A DNA stretch of 64,000 nt. Origin: an uncultured delta proteobacterium. GTDB taxonomy: Bacteria > Myxococcota_A > Polyangia > Haliangiales > Haliangiaceae. Numbering within the stretch: position 1 is the first letter of the stretch; the number at the start of each line of letters is the position of its first letter. Location: positions 1,088,001-1,152,000 of the forward strand of contig CAWKDB010000002.1 of NCBI GenBank assembly GCA_963848295.1, read 5' to 3'. A model generated the notes under the pieces. The model worked only from the letters and a program-made list of their open reading frames with translations, did no database searches and was not told the origin of the DNA. This document shows, one piece after another, positions 50,760 to 61,374 of this stretch. The position numbers and the translations under genes are program-made.

Positions 50760-51902
50760 TCAGGCCAGCAAGTAGCGGACGAGAGCACGCACGCGCGGCT
50801 CGAACGTCGCGATCACCGCGAACTCGTCGGGCGTGTGAAACAGCCGGCCGCGCGGGCCGAGGCCGTCGATCGCGGGGACGCCGAGCGCGGCGAGCGTGTT
50901 CGCATCGGAGCCGCCTCCGACGAGCGGCGCCTCGTCGGCTTGCAGGCCCTCGGCGCGCGCCGCGGCGGCGTAGCGCTCGACGAGCGCGGCGGTGCCGGGC
51001 AGAGGCCCGAGCGGCTGCCGGCGCAGGCCGCCTGCGATCGAGAACGTCGCGCCGGTCGCGTCGCTGACCTCCCGCGCGGATCGCTCGATCGCCGCGAGCA
51101 ACGGGTCGGCTTGGGCGGGCTCGGTGATCCGCAGATCGATCTCGCAGCGCGCCTCGGCGGGCACCGTGTTCGCCGCGGTGCCGCCCGCGACCAGACCGAC
51201 GTTGACCGTGACGGTGCCATCGGGCGCGCCGAGCGCCTGCACGCGGTCGATGAACCGAGCGAGCGCCCAGATCGCGTTGATCCCGAGGGCCAGATCGTTG
51301 CCGGCGTGCGCGGGCTTGCCATGCGCGGTCACGACGAGCTTGCCGGTGCCCTTGCGGCGCGTGACGATCGCGTCGGTCATCCGGCCCGCCTCGAACACCA
51401 ACCCGGCGCTCGCGTCGCGCGCGAGCTGCTCGATCACGCGGCGGCCGTCGACCGAGCCGGTCTCCTCGTCGGCGACCGAGATCACGCCGATCGGCAACGC
51501 GGCGAGCGCGCCGGCGTCGGCGAGCGCGGCGAGCGCGGTGCGCACGATCGCCAAGCCGCCTTTCATGTCGAGCACGCCGGGGCCGTAGACGTTGAGGTCA
51601 TCGCGGCGAAAGCCTTCGAACGTGCCGGGCGGGAACACCGTGTCGTGGTGACCGACGAGCGCGGTGCCCGGTCGCGAGCCCCATGCGGTCGTCGTGAAGG
51701 CGAGGTGATCGCCCGACGCCGCGCCGGCAATCCGCTGCGCGGAGACTCCGGGCAACGCGAACGCGCGAGTCAGCTCGTCGGCCATCCGGTTGCAACCCGC
51801 GTGGTTGCCGGTATGCGAGTTGATGTCGACCCACGCCTCGACGAGGTGCCACAGCTCCGGCATCCGGCGCGACACCGCCGCGAGCGCTGCTGCCGTCGTC
51901 AC
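50760..51902 (-). CDS. M20 family metallopeptidase (carboxypeptidase G2-like)
   Basis: GHHDTVF, GPGVLDMKGG, DEETGS, FEAG, GGSDAN and HTPDE. Confidence 0.93.
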   Translation of the reverse strand: MTTAAALAAVSRRMPELWHLVEAWVDINSHTGNHAGCNRMADELTRAFALPGVSAQRIAGAASGDHLAFTTTAWGSRPGTALVGHHDTVFPPGTFEGFRRDDLNVYGPGVLDMKGGLAIVRTALAALADAGALAALPIGVISVADEETGSVDGRRVIEQLARDASAGLVFEAGRMTDAIVTRRKGTGKLVVTAHGKPAHAGNDLALGINAIWALARFIDRVQALGAPDGTVTVNVGLVAGGTAANTVPAEARCEIDLRITEPAQADPLLAAIERSAREVSDATGATFSIAGGLRRQPLGPLPGTAALVERYAAAARAEGLQADEAPLVGGGSDANTLAALGVPAIDGLGPRGRLFHTPDEFAVIATFEPRVRALVRYLLA

Positions 51903-54100
51903 GTCGCGACGCTACCACGCGGTCGCGGCCGAGCCGCGCCAAAGCCCGCGAGCGCCGCGAACACCGCGAGCCCGGCGAGCCCGACGAGCGCGAACGTCGC
52001 GCCCGCGGCCATCCCCGGCACCTTGTAGTGCCAGTGCACGTGATGATCTCCAGCGGGCATCGCGACCGCGCGCCGGATCACGTCGGCGACGATCCACGGC
52101 GCCGGCGCGCCGTCGATGTCGACCGTCCAGCCGGCGGTCGCGGTCGACGACACGACCGCGTAGCCGTCGAGCTGCGACTCGCACTGAAGCTCGATGTCGC
52201 CTGCGGTCCACGCGTCGATCTCGCACGGCAGCGGTGCGCGAGTGCCATCGTGCGGCTCGCCCTGGCCGGCGAGCACGACCGAGCCGCGCGGCACGCTCGT
52301 GCCGCCCCCGATCGGAAACAGCAACGCGAGCGCCGCGGCGTCGTGGCTCGCCCAGCGATAGCCGATCATGACCGAAGCGGCGGGCGCGCGCGGGAGCGTC
52401 ACGAGCGACCACGAGTCATGGCGGCCGAGCTCGGCGAACCCCGACTTACTCTCGACGACCACCCGCGGCAGGATCGCAAGCTCGATCCCATAGCGATCGA
52501 GAAACACGCCCGGCTCGTGCGACGACTCGATCCACATCCGATCGAAGATCGGCGGCCGCGCGGGATCGTCGTAGCGCACCGACGTCAGCCCCCACGGCGA
52601 GCCCGAAGCGCCGGATAACGTCGCCATGGCCTCGTCGAGCGACTCGTCGCGATCGGTCAGCGATGCCGGGCGAAACAGACGGCGCGGCACGTGGGTCGCG
52701 CGGATCGCGAGCGTAGCCCACGCCGGCGGATCGGCGACCTCGGCGCGATCGACGACCGGCGCGACTTGCGGCACGGCGCCGACGCTCGGGGCCGCGACGA
52801 GCGCGAGCACGACGACCGCGAGCTTGCCGGGCGCTCGCCACGCGCAGACCGCCGCGCCGATCATCGCGGCGACGCCGAGTGCGCCGACGAGCAACGCGCG
52901 GTCGAGGCCGTCGGGGATGACCGCGTGGGTCGCGCGCCAGATCGCGAGGGCCGCAACGCCGAGCGCGGTGACCGCGGCGGCGAGCAGCATCGCGATCCGC
53001 GCGCGCCGGTCACCGCGTAACAACGCGTCGATCCCCGACGCTGCGTACGGTGCCGCGATCGCCGCGACGACGCCGAGCTGGAGCTCGGGTGCGCCGCACC
53101 ACGCCGGCCAGCCGGCCGAGCCCCGGCCGATGACGAGCGCGAGCCCGACTCCCGCGATCATCGCGACCGCGATCCGCCGAGGCGCGCGACCGATCGCGGC
53201 GAGCGCGAGCAACGGCGCGCCGATGAACAGCGAAGGCGCCCAGCCGCGGGTGGTCGTCGCGCCACCCGCGACGACGAGCTCGACGATCCGCGCGAGCGGC
53301 ATCGCGTGCACGCGCGCCCCGGTCTCGCCGCCGATGGCGAGGACCGCCGGCAGCCATTGCGCCGCCGCGATCGCTAGTCCGCCGCCGATGGCGACCGCGA
53401 TCGCGCGCCAGGTGGCGGCACGCGCTGCGACGGAACCGCGCCGCGCTTCGGCTGCGAGCGAGCCCCGCCCGTCGAAGTTGCGCGCCGGGGCGGCGACGAG
53501 CACGGCGAGGACGAGGGCGTCGACCAACACGCCGAGCTCGCCGGCGAGCCCGATCGCGCCGATCACGATGCCGAGCAGCGCCGCCGCCCGCGCCCGCTGT
53601 CGCCGATCCGTGGCCCGTGCGAGCCCGAGCGCGAGCGCACCGACCCATGGCACGTGAGCGAGCGCGGGCAAGGCGCCGCGCAGCGTCGCGCTCGCGAGCA
53701 CGCCGGTCGTCACCAGCAAGATGCCGCCGACGAGCGCGCCGGGCTCGCGGGCGCCGAGCCGCCTCGCCCACACCGCGACGCCGAGCGCGGCCCACACCAG
53801 GTGCAGCACGAGCACGAGATCGAGTGCGAACGGCGTCGCGGCGAGCCACGTCGCTGGATAGGCCGCTCCATGACTGGGCTCGGCGACCAGCGGCACACCG
53901 AGCGCCGAACCTTCCCACCACGCGGGCCACGCACCGGCTTGCACCGCCTCGGCCGCCGCGAGCCGCGGCGGCGCGACCTCGGTGTGGTAGCGCACGTCGT
54001 CCCACGTCTTGCCGCCGATCACGATTCGCGCTTGCAGCACGAGCACCGCGATCGCGAGCGCGAGCCCGAGCGCGACCCGTGACGACAAGCGCGGTGACAT
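51899..54100 (-). CDS. YfhO-like multi-pass membrane protein (GT-C-like)
   Basis: WPAWW...GVPLVAEP...YP N-terminus, many TMs, GWTVDIDG...RAVAMPAGDHHVHWHY C-terminus. Confidence 0.75.
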   Translation of the reverse strand: MSPRLSSRVALGLALAIAVLVLQARIVIGGKTWDDVRYHTEVAPPRLAAAEAVQAGAWPAWWEGSALGVPLVAEPSHGAAYPATWLAATPFALDLVLVLHLVWAALGVAVWARRLGAREPGALVGGILLVTTGVLASATLRGALPALAHVPWVGALALGLARATDRRQRARAAALLGIVIGAIGLAGELGVLVDALVLAVLVAAPARNFDGRGSLAAEARRGSVAARAATWRAIAVAIGGGLAIAAAQWLPAVLAIGGETGARVHAMPLARIVELVVAGGATTTRGWAPSLFIGAPLLALAAIGRAPRRIAVAMIAGVGLALVIGRGSAGWPAWCGAPELQLGVVAAIAAPYAASGIDALLRGDRRARIAMLLAAAVTALGVAALAIWRATHAVIPDGLDRALLVGALGVAAMIGAAVCAWRAPGKLAVVVLALVAAPSVGAVPQVAPVVDRAEVADPPAWATLAIRATHVPRRLFRPASLTDRDESLDEAMATLSGASGSPWGLTSVRYDDPARPPIFDRMWIESSHEPGVFLDRYGIELAILPRVVVESKSGFAELGRHDSWSLVTLPRAPAASVMIGYRWASHDAAALALLFPIGGGTSVPRGSVVLAGQGEPHDGTRAPLPCEIDAWTAGDIELQCESQLDGYAVVSSTATAGWTVDIDGAPAPWIVADVIRRAVAMPAGDHHVHWHYKVPGMAAGATFALVGLAGLAVFAALAGFGAARPRPRGSVAT

Positions 54101-54149
54101 CGCGGGGATTTACCCGCAAAGCCGGCGCGTGTGCAAAGATGCGGACCCG

Positions 54150-54500
54150 GTGTCGACACGATTTGCTCCCGCGCTGGCCCTGGCGCTCTGCCTCGGCGGG
54201 TGTCACCGCGCCGACGAGGCGGCGTGCCCGATCGTCACCGGCCGGTTCTACGCCCTCGCCCTGCACGACCTCGACGCTTCCAAGGTCGACGACGCGACGC
54301 GGCGCGCGGTCCAAGCGCAGCTACCCGCGATGCGGGATTCGCTCGACGAGATCTGCCGCGCGAGCGGCTGGTCGCCGGCGGTTCGCGCGTGCCTCGCGAA
54401 CGCACCTGATCACGACGCTTTTACGACGTGCGAACAGCAGTTAACCCCCGAGCAGCGTCGCGATCTCGACCGTGCGGCCGCCGGCGCCGCCGCCCGCTGA
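54150..54500 (+). CDS. Small Cys-containing lipoprotein
   Basis: Lipobox LGGC; C...GWS...CL...C...LTPEQ pattern. Confidence 0.7.
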   Translation: MSTRFAPALALALCLGGCHRADEAACPIVTGRFYALALHDLDASKVDDATRRAVQAQLPAMRDSLDEICRASGWSPAVRACLANAPDHDAFTTCEQQLTPEQRRDLDRAAAGAAAR

Positions 54501-54604
54501 CGAGCGGCCCCCAGCCCCGTAAGGCCCGCTCGGCCGGCGTCCTTGCTCCGCCGGACAGCCGACCGATCGATCGGCCTCGCGGCCGTGGTAAACCCCGGCT
54601 GTAA

Positions 54605-54913
54605 ATGGAGATCGATTTTCCGTACGCGCTCTCCGAAGAAGAGGCTCGCTTGCGGCTCGAGGTCCTCGGCAAGTATCTGGTCAGCCGCCACGGCATCAAG
54701 GTGACCTGGCTCGATACCCAGCGCGCGCAGTTCTCGGGCAAGTACCTCGTCGTCAAGATTCATGGCGAGCTGACGATCGGCAACGGTCACGCGCAGTTCA
54801 AAGGCGAGGATCCGGGCTTTCTGTGGCGCAACAAGGCCAAGGACTACATCCACGGCAAGCTCGCGAAGTACCTCGATCCCGCCGCCACGATGGCGACGCT
54901 GCCGACGAGCTGA
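54605..54913 (+). CDS. Hypothetical protein (PHA-granule-region-like, 102 aa)
   Basis: FPYALSEEEARLRL start; compact alpha/beta composition. Confidence 0.7.
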   Translation: MEIDFPYALSEEEARLRLEVLGKYLVSRHGIKVTWLDTQRAQFSGKYLVVKIHGELTIGNGHAQFKGEDPGFLWRNKAKDYIHGKLAKYLDPAATMATLPTS

Positions 54914-54914
54914 C

Positions 54915-55439
54915 ATGCGCGCCGCGTTCGCGTTCGTCGCGTTGACCGCGGGCGTTGCCGGCGCCGCCCCGATGCCCGGGCCGGCTCGCGAGGTCGGCGA
55001 TCTCGCCAAGCTCGTCGCTGGCAGCTGGAAGTGCAGCGGGACGATCGAGAGGCTCCCGGTCGCCGGCACGATGACGACGAAGCTCGAGGTCGGCGGCGCC
55101 TGGATTCACGAGACGATGACGCTCACCGCGGGCGACCCGAAGACCGGCATGACCGTGACGGCCGAGGGCTTCAACACGTACAGCGCGGCGACCAAGACCT
55201 GGCGGCGGATCGCGGTCGACAGCATGGGCAATCACTACGTCGGAACCGCGCCGGCGACCGCCGACCACAAGTTCGAGTGGGCGATGGAGGTCACGCAGCC
55301 CGCGGGCCCGTCGGTGCTCCAACGAGGTCACACCGATATGTCGAACCCGGCCAAGGGCATCAAGATCGCGATCGACGAGAGCCCGGACCACGGCAAGACG
55401 TGGATCCCCGGGCTGTCGGCTCGCTGCACACGCAATTAG
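54915..55439 (+). CDS. Secreted DUF1579-like beta-barrel protein
   Basis: Signal peptide, LVAGSWKC, VDSMG and SPDHGKTW. Confidence 0.7.
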   Translation: MRAAFAFVALTAGVAGAAPMPGPAREVGDLAKLVAGSWKCSGTIERLPVAGTMTTKLEVGGAWIHETMTLTAGDPKTGMTVTAEGFNTYSAATKTWRRIAVDSMGNHYVGTAPATADHKFEWAMEVTQPAGPSVLQRGHTDMSNPAKGIKIAIDESPDHGKTWIPGLSARCTRN

Positions 55440-55573
55440 CGGCAACTAGCGAGCGAGCGAATCGCGCGCGCGACCGCTCGATCGGCGTCGCTCGGCCGCA
55501 ATCCGTTGCGTTCTAACCGGCGCTGCATGCGCTCGATGATGCTCCACAGCGACAGGTCATTCTGAGCCTTCAT
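55436..55573 (-). CDS. Possible small protein (45 aa)
   Basis: ATG 55573 preceded by GAGGA; amphipathic helical sequence. Confidence 0.4.
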   Translation of the reverse strand: MKAQNDLSLWSIIERMQRRLERNGLRPSDADRAVARAIRSLASCR

Positions 55574-55698
55574 GTGAATCCTCACGTCCGACAGGCGTTG
55601 CCGATCTAACCGACGCGGCCGAGCTGACATTCCAACGACATCGGATCGCCCCGGCGGTTGCAAGCGCTGGCCCTGTGGTCCGATGTAGGTTCGCCGTC

Positions 55699-56469
55699 GT
55701 GAAGCTCGTCACCTGGAACATCAACTCGGTGCGCGCTCGCCAAGCGCGCCTGATCGCGTGGCTCGAGCGCACCGCGCCGGACGTGATCTGCCTGCAGGAG
55801 ACCAAGGTCGAGGACAGCGGCTTTCCCGTCGACGCGTTGCGCGGCGCGGGCTACGAGGTCGCGCTCTACGGCCAGCGAAGCTACAACGGGGTCGCGATCG
55901 CTTCGCGCCTTCCGTTCACCGATGTCCGCCGCGGGTTCGACGACGGGGGCGAGGCCGATAGCGAGGCTCGCTTGATCGCCGCGATGATCGATGGCATCCG
56001 CGTGATCAGCGTCTACGTCCCGAACGGACAGGATCTCGAGTCTGACAAGTTCGCGTACAAGCTGCGCTGGCTCGGTCGCTTGCGCCGCTACCTCGATCGC
56101 ACCGCCACCCCGACCACGCCGCTGGTCGTGTGCGGCGACTACAACATCACGATCGACGATCGCGACGTCTGGTCGCCGGAAGCCTGGGCCGGCAAGATCC
56201 ATTGCAGCCCGAGCGAGCGGGCCGCTCTCGCCGAGCTCACCGCGTTCCCGCTCGTCGATCTGTTTCGCAAGCATCATCCCGATGGCGGCGCGTACTCGTG
56301 GTGGGACTACCGCGGCGTCTCGCTGTTCAAGAACCAAGGACTCCGCATCGACCACCTGTTCGCGACCCAGCCGGTCGCCGATCGCTGCACGGCCTGCGAG
56401 ATCGATCGCGAGGCGCGCAAAGGCCGAGATGCATCGGACCACGCGCCGGTGATCGCGACGCTGAGCTAA
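55699..56469 (+). CDS. xth: Exodeoxyribonuclease III
   Basis: TWNINS, CLQETK, YNGVAI, YVPNG, GDYN, RIDH and SDHAP. Confidence 0.96.
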   Translation: MKLVTWNINSVRARQARLIAWLERTAPDVICLQETKVEDSGFPVDALRGAGYEVALYGQRSYNGVAIASRLPFTDVRRGFDDGGEADSEARLIAAMIDGIRVISVYVPNGQDLESDKFAYKLRWLGRLRRYLDRTATPTTPLVVCGDYNITIDDRDVWSPEAWAGKIHCSPSERAALAELTAFPLVDLFRKHHPDGGAYSWWDYRGVSLFKNQGLRIDHLFATQPVADRCTACEIDREARKGRDASDHAPVIATLS

Positions 56470-57329
56470 GCGGCCGGGCGCGCCGGCTGCGGTGCGACGC
56501 GCGACGGAATCCGCGACGGTGCGGGTGATGCGACCGCGATCTCGGGCACGATCGCCGGAGTGCGGCGTTGTGCGAGCAGCCGATATGCAGTGACGAATCG
56601 GCTGACCGCAGTGACGCCAGAGGTCAGGGCGCAGAGCGCGAGCGTCCCGCCGACGATCGGCACGACCGTGCTCGCCGCATCGGGCGCAGCGCCATACCAA
56701 GCAGCGAACAGCGTGCCGCCGGTGACGAGCACGATCCGCTCCGCTCGCTGCATCACGCCGACCTGCATCGCGACGCCGAGCGCTTCGCTGCGCGCGCGCG
56801 TGTAGCTCACCATCATCGATCCGCCGAACGCCGCGATCACCGCGACGAGCCACAGCGAGTCGTGCAGGAACCACGCGTAGCCGATGAACACGAACAGCTC
56901 GCCCCAGCGATCGCTGACCGAGTCGAGTAACGCGCCAGCGGCCGTCTGCTTTCCAGTCAGGCGGGCGAGCCGACCGTCGAGGACATCGAGGATGCCGGCG
57001 AACGCGTACAGCCAGACCGCGATCGCGAGCTGCCCGATCGCGAGGAACGCGCCCGTGGCCGCGCACAGCAACACCGACACCAGCGTGATCGTGTTCGGCG
57101 AGACGCGATCGACGAGCACGCGCTCGATCGGGCGGATCAACCACACGAGGAAGCCGGCGAGGAACGGCCCGAACAACTGGTTATGCTTGACCCCGTCGAG
57201 CTTCGGCGCGCGGCCCGAGATGCACAGCACGGCGTAGGCGATCAGCGCCGCGACGAACATCGCGAGCAACGTGAGCGCGGGTGCTAGGAGATAGAACCTA
57301 TCCACGGGACCTGAGGCGGACTGCCACAT
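56466..57329 (-). CDS. CDP-alcohol phosphatidyltransferase family protein
   Basis: PNTIT, DVLDGRLAR...GALLDSVSDR, SYTRAR and RAER. Start uncertain. Confidence 0.92.
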   Translation of the reverse strand: MWQSASGPVDRFYLLAPALTLLAMFVAALIAYAVLCISGRAPKLDGVKHNQLFGPFLAGFLVWLIRPIERVLVDRVSPNTITLVSVLLCAATGAFLAIGQLAIAVWLYAFAGILDVLDGRLARLTGKQTAAGALLDSVSDRWGELFVFIGYAWFLHDSLWLVAVIAAFGGSMMVSYTRARSEALGVAMQVGVMQRAERIVLVTGGTLFAAWYGAAPDAASTVVPIVGGTLALCALTSGVTAVSRFVTAYRLLAQRRTPAIVPEIAVASPAPSRIPSRVAPQPARPAA

Positions 57330-57479
57330 TTGGGTTATCACGCCAAGCGCGACGCGTCCAAGGCGATCGGCCGGCAAGTCGAGGACAAGATCCCGAAACT
57401 GTTGCGAACCGCCTCATGTTTCGTTTGGTGAACGCGAATGTGACCCAGCCGCGACCGCCCATTTGCGTATAGTCGCGCC

Positions 57480-58787
57480 ATGCGCTGGTTTGTCGCCGGA
57501 GGCGTTGCAGCGGCGTTGGTCGCGGTCGCGCCGGCAGCCCGCGGCAATGGCCGGCCGCCGCTCACCAACGGAGTCTACCTCCAGCCCGGCGACGCGCACT
57601 CGATCTACGTGCGCTCGACGTTCGGCCTGCTGATCAGCCACGACGACGGCTGCACGATGCGCTGGGTGTGCGAGAACAACATCGGTTACGCCGGGACGTT
57701 CGATCCGAAGTACGCGATCGGCGGCGACGGCACGATCTTCGCGACGACGTATAGCGGCCTGCGGATCAGCCGCGACGCCGGGTGCAGCTTCACCACCGCT
57801 GCCGGCGGCTTGCCGGCCGACGCGTGGATCGACGCGCTCGATATCGGTCCAGCCGGCGAGATCTGGGTCGGAACATCGACGACCGGCGCGACGAACGACG
57901 TGTTCTCGTCGAACGACAACGGCGTCACGTTCACCTCGCGCGGCATGTTGTCGGCGACGATCTGGTGGAAGAGCGTCAAGGTCGCGCCGTCGAATCCGAT
58001 GCGCGTCTATGTCGCGGGCTATCAGGTCGCCGGCACGCTCGCCGACGGCGGGATGATGCCGCCGACCGGTCACTTCTTCCGCAGCGACGATGATGGCGCG
58101 ACCTGGACCGAGTCGGCGATGGCGGGCGTCGTGTTCGGCGCGATGCCGTACCTGGTCGTCGCCGCGATCGATCCGACCAACCCCGACATCCTCTACGCGA
58201 TCTCGCCGGGCGCGAATCCGCCGGGCGGCGACCAGCTGTATCGCTCGGCCGACGGCGGCACGACGTTCACGTCGGTGCTGTCGACGCCGATGCCGATCAG
58301 CGACGTCGTGATCCGCGACGCGAACACGGTCATCGCCGCAACCGAGAACAGCGGGTCGTTTCAGTCGACGACCGGCGGCACGTCGTTCGCCGCGATGGCC
58401 AACCCGCCGCAGCTCGCCTGCCTCAAGCAGAACAGCGATGGCTCGTTGATCGGCTGCGGGGCGAACTGGACGCCGGACTTCGCGTCGGTCACGAAGTCTC
58501 CCGACGGCGCGGCGTGGACCGATGTCTGGCGGTTCGTCCAGCTCGCCGGCCCGCTCGATTGCCCGGCCGGCACCGCCGAACATGATATCTGCGACCTCCA
58601 GCAGTGGTCGAACTTACAGATGCAGTTCGCGTCGACCGGCCCGACCTGCGGCGCTTATATCGTCGATGCGGTGCCGGTGGACAGCACCCCGAAGAAGAGC
58701 GGCGGTTGCTGCGACGCCGGCGACGCGACCAGCGGCCTCGTGCTCGGCGTGCTCGTGCTCGGGCTCGTCGGCCGGCGGCGACGGTAA
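57480..58787 (+). CDS. Secreted BNR/Asp-box beta-propeller protein with MYXO-CTERM-like anchor
   Basis: Repeated SxDxGxT(W/F) boxes, signal peptide, GGCC-TM-RRRR tail. Confidence 0.85.
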   Translation: MRWFVAGGVAAALVAVAPAARGNGRPPLTNGVYLQPGDAHSIYVRSTFGLLISHDDGCTMRWVCENNIGYAGTFDPKYAIGGDGTIFATTYSGLRISRDAGCSFTTAAGGLPADAWIDALDIGPAGEIWVGTSTTGATNDVFSSNDNGVTFTSRGMLSATIWWKSVKVAPSNPMRVYVAGYQVAGTLADGGMMPPTGHFFRSDDDGATWTESAMAGVVFGAMPYLVVAAIDPTNPDILYAISPGANPPGGDQLYRSADGGTTFTSVLSTPMPISDVVIRDANTVIAATENSGSFQSTTGGTSFAAMANPPQLACLKQNSDGSLIGCGANWTPDFASVTKSPDGAAWTDVWRFVQLAGPLDCPAGTAEHDICDLQQWSNLQMQFASTGPTCGAYIVDAVPVDSTPKKSGGCCDAGDATSGLVLGVLVLGLVGRRRR

Positions 58788-58827
58788 GCTTGCGCCGCAG
58801 GCGCGCGACTGGCTACGATCGTTTTTC

Positions 58828-60063
58828 GTGCGCCGCGTTGTCCTCGGTTTGCCGTTCGCCATCGCATGCGCGCATGCGCCCGCACCGGTGGCGGCGCGCG
58901 ATGCTCCGGCGCTCCCGGCGAACCAGACCCGGCACTACACGATCTGGCTCGGCGGCGCGCGGGTCGGCACCGCGACCGAAACCGAGGTGTGGAGCGCCCG
59001 CGGCCTGCGGTTCGAGCGCGAAGAGATCATGCATTTCTTGCGCGGCGAGTCGGAGGTCGAGCTCGCGACCACGATCGACATCGATGCCGACCTCGGCCTC
59101 GTGCCGTCGCGCGTGCGGTGGATCGAGCGCAGCCGCGAGGTCCATGCCGAGGAGGCGATCCGCGTCGAAGGCCACTGGCAGACCAGCACCGGCGCTCGTT
59201 TGCCCGATGACGCCGTGCCCGCCGAGCTCTTGCCGCTGATCGTGCGGCGCGATGGTGCGTTCGCCGGCGCGGTGTTCCTGCCGGCGCGCGACTTCGTCGC
59301 GGGTGCCGGTCGGATCGATCCGGTCGCACCGGGCCGGATGGCCGCCAGGCTCGAGCTCGCAGGCGGATCGCTCGCGATCGCCACGATCGATCTCGACCGC
59401 GACGGCACGCCAGAGCGGGTCGTCGACGGCGAGGGCGTGATCGCGATCCGGGCGAGCGCGACGCAAGCGTCCGCACCCTACCCGGCCGTCGATCTGATCG
59501 CGGCGACCGCCGTCCCGATCTCCGGCGGGGTCCGCCACGGCCGTGCGCTGCACCTCGACGGTGACCTGGCGCTGCCGCCGGTGCCCGGCCAACTCGCGCG
59601 CCCGACCGCGGACGGCATCGTCGTCCAGCTCGGCGTTCACTGGCCAGGCGACCTTCCGCCGGGGCCGCCCGGACCCGATCGCGGGCGCGAGATCACCGCG
59701 CTCGTCGCCGAGATTCGCCATCGCATCGCGCCGGATCTCGGCGCGGGCCCGGCCGACACGCGCGATGCCGCCGCGACCGCCGGCGATTGCACGACGTACG
59801 CGCTCGCGTTCGCCGCGCTCGCGACGAGCCATGCGATCCCGACCCGCGTCGTCACCGGGCTGCGGCTCGACGGCGATCGCCTCGTGCGGCATCGCTGGGC
59901 GGTGAGCTGGACCGGCCGCGCGTGGATCGCGGTCGACGCCGCTTTCGGGGCGGCTCCTGCCGGCGGCGAGCTCGTCGGGCTCGCGATCCACGACGCCGAC
60001 GACGCGGGCCTGGTCTCGGGCGAAGCCGCGCTGACCCACGTCCGCGGCGCGAGCTGGGAGTAG
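58828..60063 (+). CDS. Transglutaminase-like domain lipoprotein
   Basis: Lipobox AIAC, GDCTTYA, PTRVVTG, HRW and W..VD triad pattern. Confidence 0.8.
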   Translation: MRRVVLGLPFAIACAHAPAPVAARDAPALPANQTRHYTIWLGGARVGTATETEVWSARGLRFEREEIMHFLRGESEVELATTIDIDADLGLVPSRVRWIERSREVHAEEAIRVEGHWQTSTGARLPDDAVPAELLPLIVRRDGAFAGAVFLPARDFVAGAGRIDPVAPGRMAARLELAGGSLAIATIDLDRDGTPERVVDGEGVIAIRASATQASAPYPAVDLIAATAVPISGGVRHGRALHLDGDLALPPVPGQLARPTADGIVVQLGVHWPGDLPPGPPGPDRGREITALVAEIRHRIAPDLGAGPADTRDAAATAGDCTTYALAFAALATSHAIPTRVVTGLRLDGDRLVRHRWAVSWTGRAWIAVDAAFGAAPAGGELVGLAIHDADDAGLVSGEAALTHVRGASWE

Positions 60064-60071
60064 CAAACCGC

Positions 60072-61004
60072 TCAGCCGCCGGCGCGGCACGCCCACAGCG
60101 CGCGCTGCACGGTCGGTTCGTCGAGCCCGTCGCCGATCAGCACGAGCTCGCTGCGCCCGCCGTGCCAAGCGCCCGCGTCGCTCAGCGCGGTGCGAATCCC
60201 GGCACGCTCGACGAAGCCGCGGCGGTCGCCGACGAGCCGGACGAAGCCCTTCGCCCGCACGAGCCGGTCGCCAAGCGCCTCGAGCACCGCGAGCACGCGA
60301 TCGCCGAGCAGCGGCGCGTCGTCGACGAACGACACCGCGACGAGCTGATTGCCGTGGTGATGCGATCCCGCCGCGGCGACGTGATGCCGGAGCGCGCGCT
60401 TCTCGGTGACCCACGCCGTCATCGCGAGGGCGCCGGCATCGTCGCGCGGGAAGCTCGCGCGTTCGGCCGGTAGCGCGTGCGCATCGAGCAGCGCGTGACA
60501 GCGGCGGACCGCATCCGGGGTCGCGATATCGAGCTTCGCGAGCAGCACGCGATCGGCGAACTCGACTTGCTCGCGCGCCTCGTGGCGCCGCGCGATCGCC
60601 TCGCCGCCGCTCTCGGCGTCGACCACGCAGACCACCCCCGCAGGTGCGATCCGATCGCGCACCGCGGCGGGGACCTTGACGAGCCCGTCGAGGATCGCGG
60701 CCGGCTCGGCGATCCCCGTCGTCTCGAGCACGACGCAGTCTGGCTGCGAGCGCGCGACGATGTCGCCGATACCGTCCCAGAGATCGTTCTTGAGATCGAC
60801 GCTACAGCACACGCAGCCGCCGGCGAGCTCGAGGACGTCGTTGCCGCGGCCGATGATCAACTGCGTGTCGATCGAGATCCGGCCGAGCTCGTTGACCAGC
60901 ACCGCGATCTTGCGGCCGTGCGCCGCCGCGAGCATCGCGTTGAGCGCGGTGGTCTTGCCGGCGCCGAGCCAGCCGGTCAGGATCGTGAACGGAACGCGAG
61001 ACAC
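60072..61004 (-). CDS. CobW/COG0523 family metallochaperone GTPase
   Basis: GWLGAGKTT, NELG, GCVCC, ETTG and RAKG. Confidence 0.92.
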   Translation of the reverse strand: MSRVPFTILTGWLGAGKTTALNAMLAAAHGRKIAVLVNELGRISIDTQLIIGRGNDVLELAGGCVCCSVDLKNDLWDGIGDIVARSQPDCVVLETTGIAEPAAILDGLVKVPAAVRDRIAPAGVVCVVDAESGGEAIARRHEAREQVEFADRVLLAKLDIATPDAVRRCHALLDAHALPAERASFPRDDAGALAMTAWVTEKRALRHHVAAAGSHHHGNQLVAVSFVDDAPLLGDRVLAVLEALGDRLVRAKGFVRLVGDRRGFVERAGIRTALSDAGAWHGGRSELVLIGDGLDEPTVQRALWACRAGG

Positions 61005-61008
61005 CGCG

Positions 61009-61374
61009 CTATCGCTCGAACAGCGCTCGCTCGATCACGTTCGCGAGCACCTCGCGGACGAACGGGCGGACGACGAACGCATCGGGCCCACCCTCCGCGC
61101 CGACGTCGTAGATGTCGATGTACGCCGACGTCATCATCACGATCGGGATCGCCTTCGTCGCCGGATCGGTCTTGAGCCGGCGGCAGACTTCGGCGCCGTC
61201 GATTTTCGGCAGATCACTGTCGAGCAAGATGACCTCGGGCGGCTCGTGACCGACGCGAGCGAGCGCGCTCGCCCCATCGCGCGCGATCTGCACGACGTGA
61301 CCGCGGCCGGACAACACCTTGACGATCAGCCGGACGACGTCTTGCTCGTCATCTATGACCAGGACGCGCGCCAT
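61009..61374 (-). CDS. Single-domain response regulator
   Basis: RVLVIDDE, ILLD, LPKIDG and IPIVMMT. Confidence 0.92.
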   Translation of the reverse strand: MARVLVIDDEQDVVRLIVKVLSGRGHVVQIARDGASALARVGHEPPEVILLDSDLPKIDGAEVCRRLKTDPATKAIPIVMMTSAYIDIYDVGAEGGPDAFVVRPFVREVLANVIERALFER

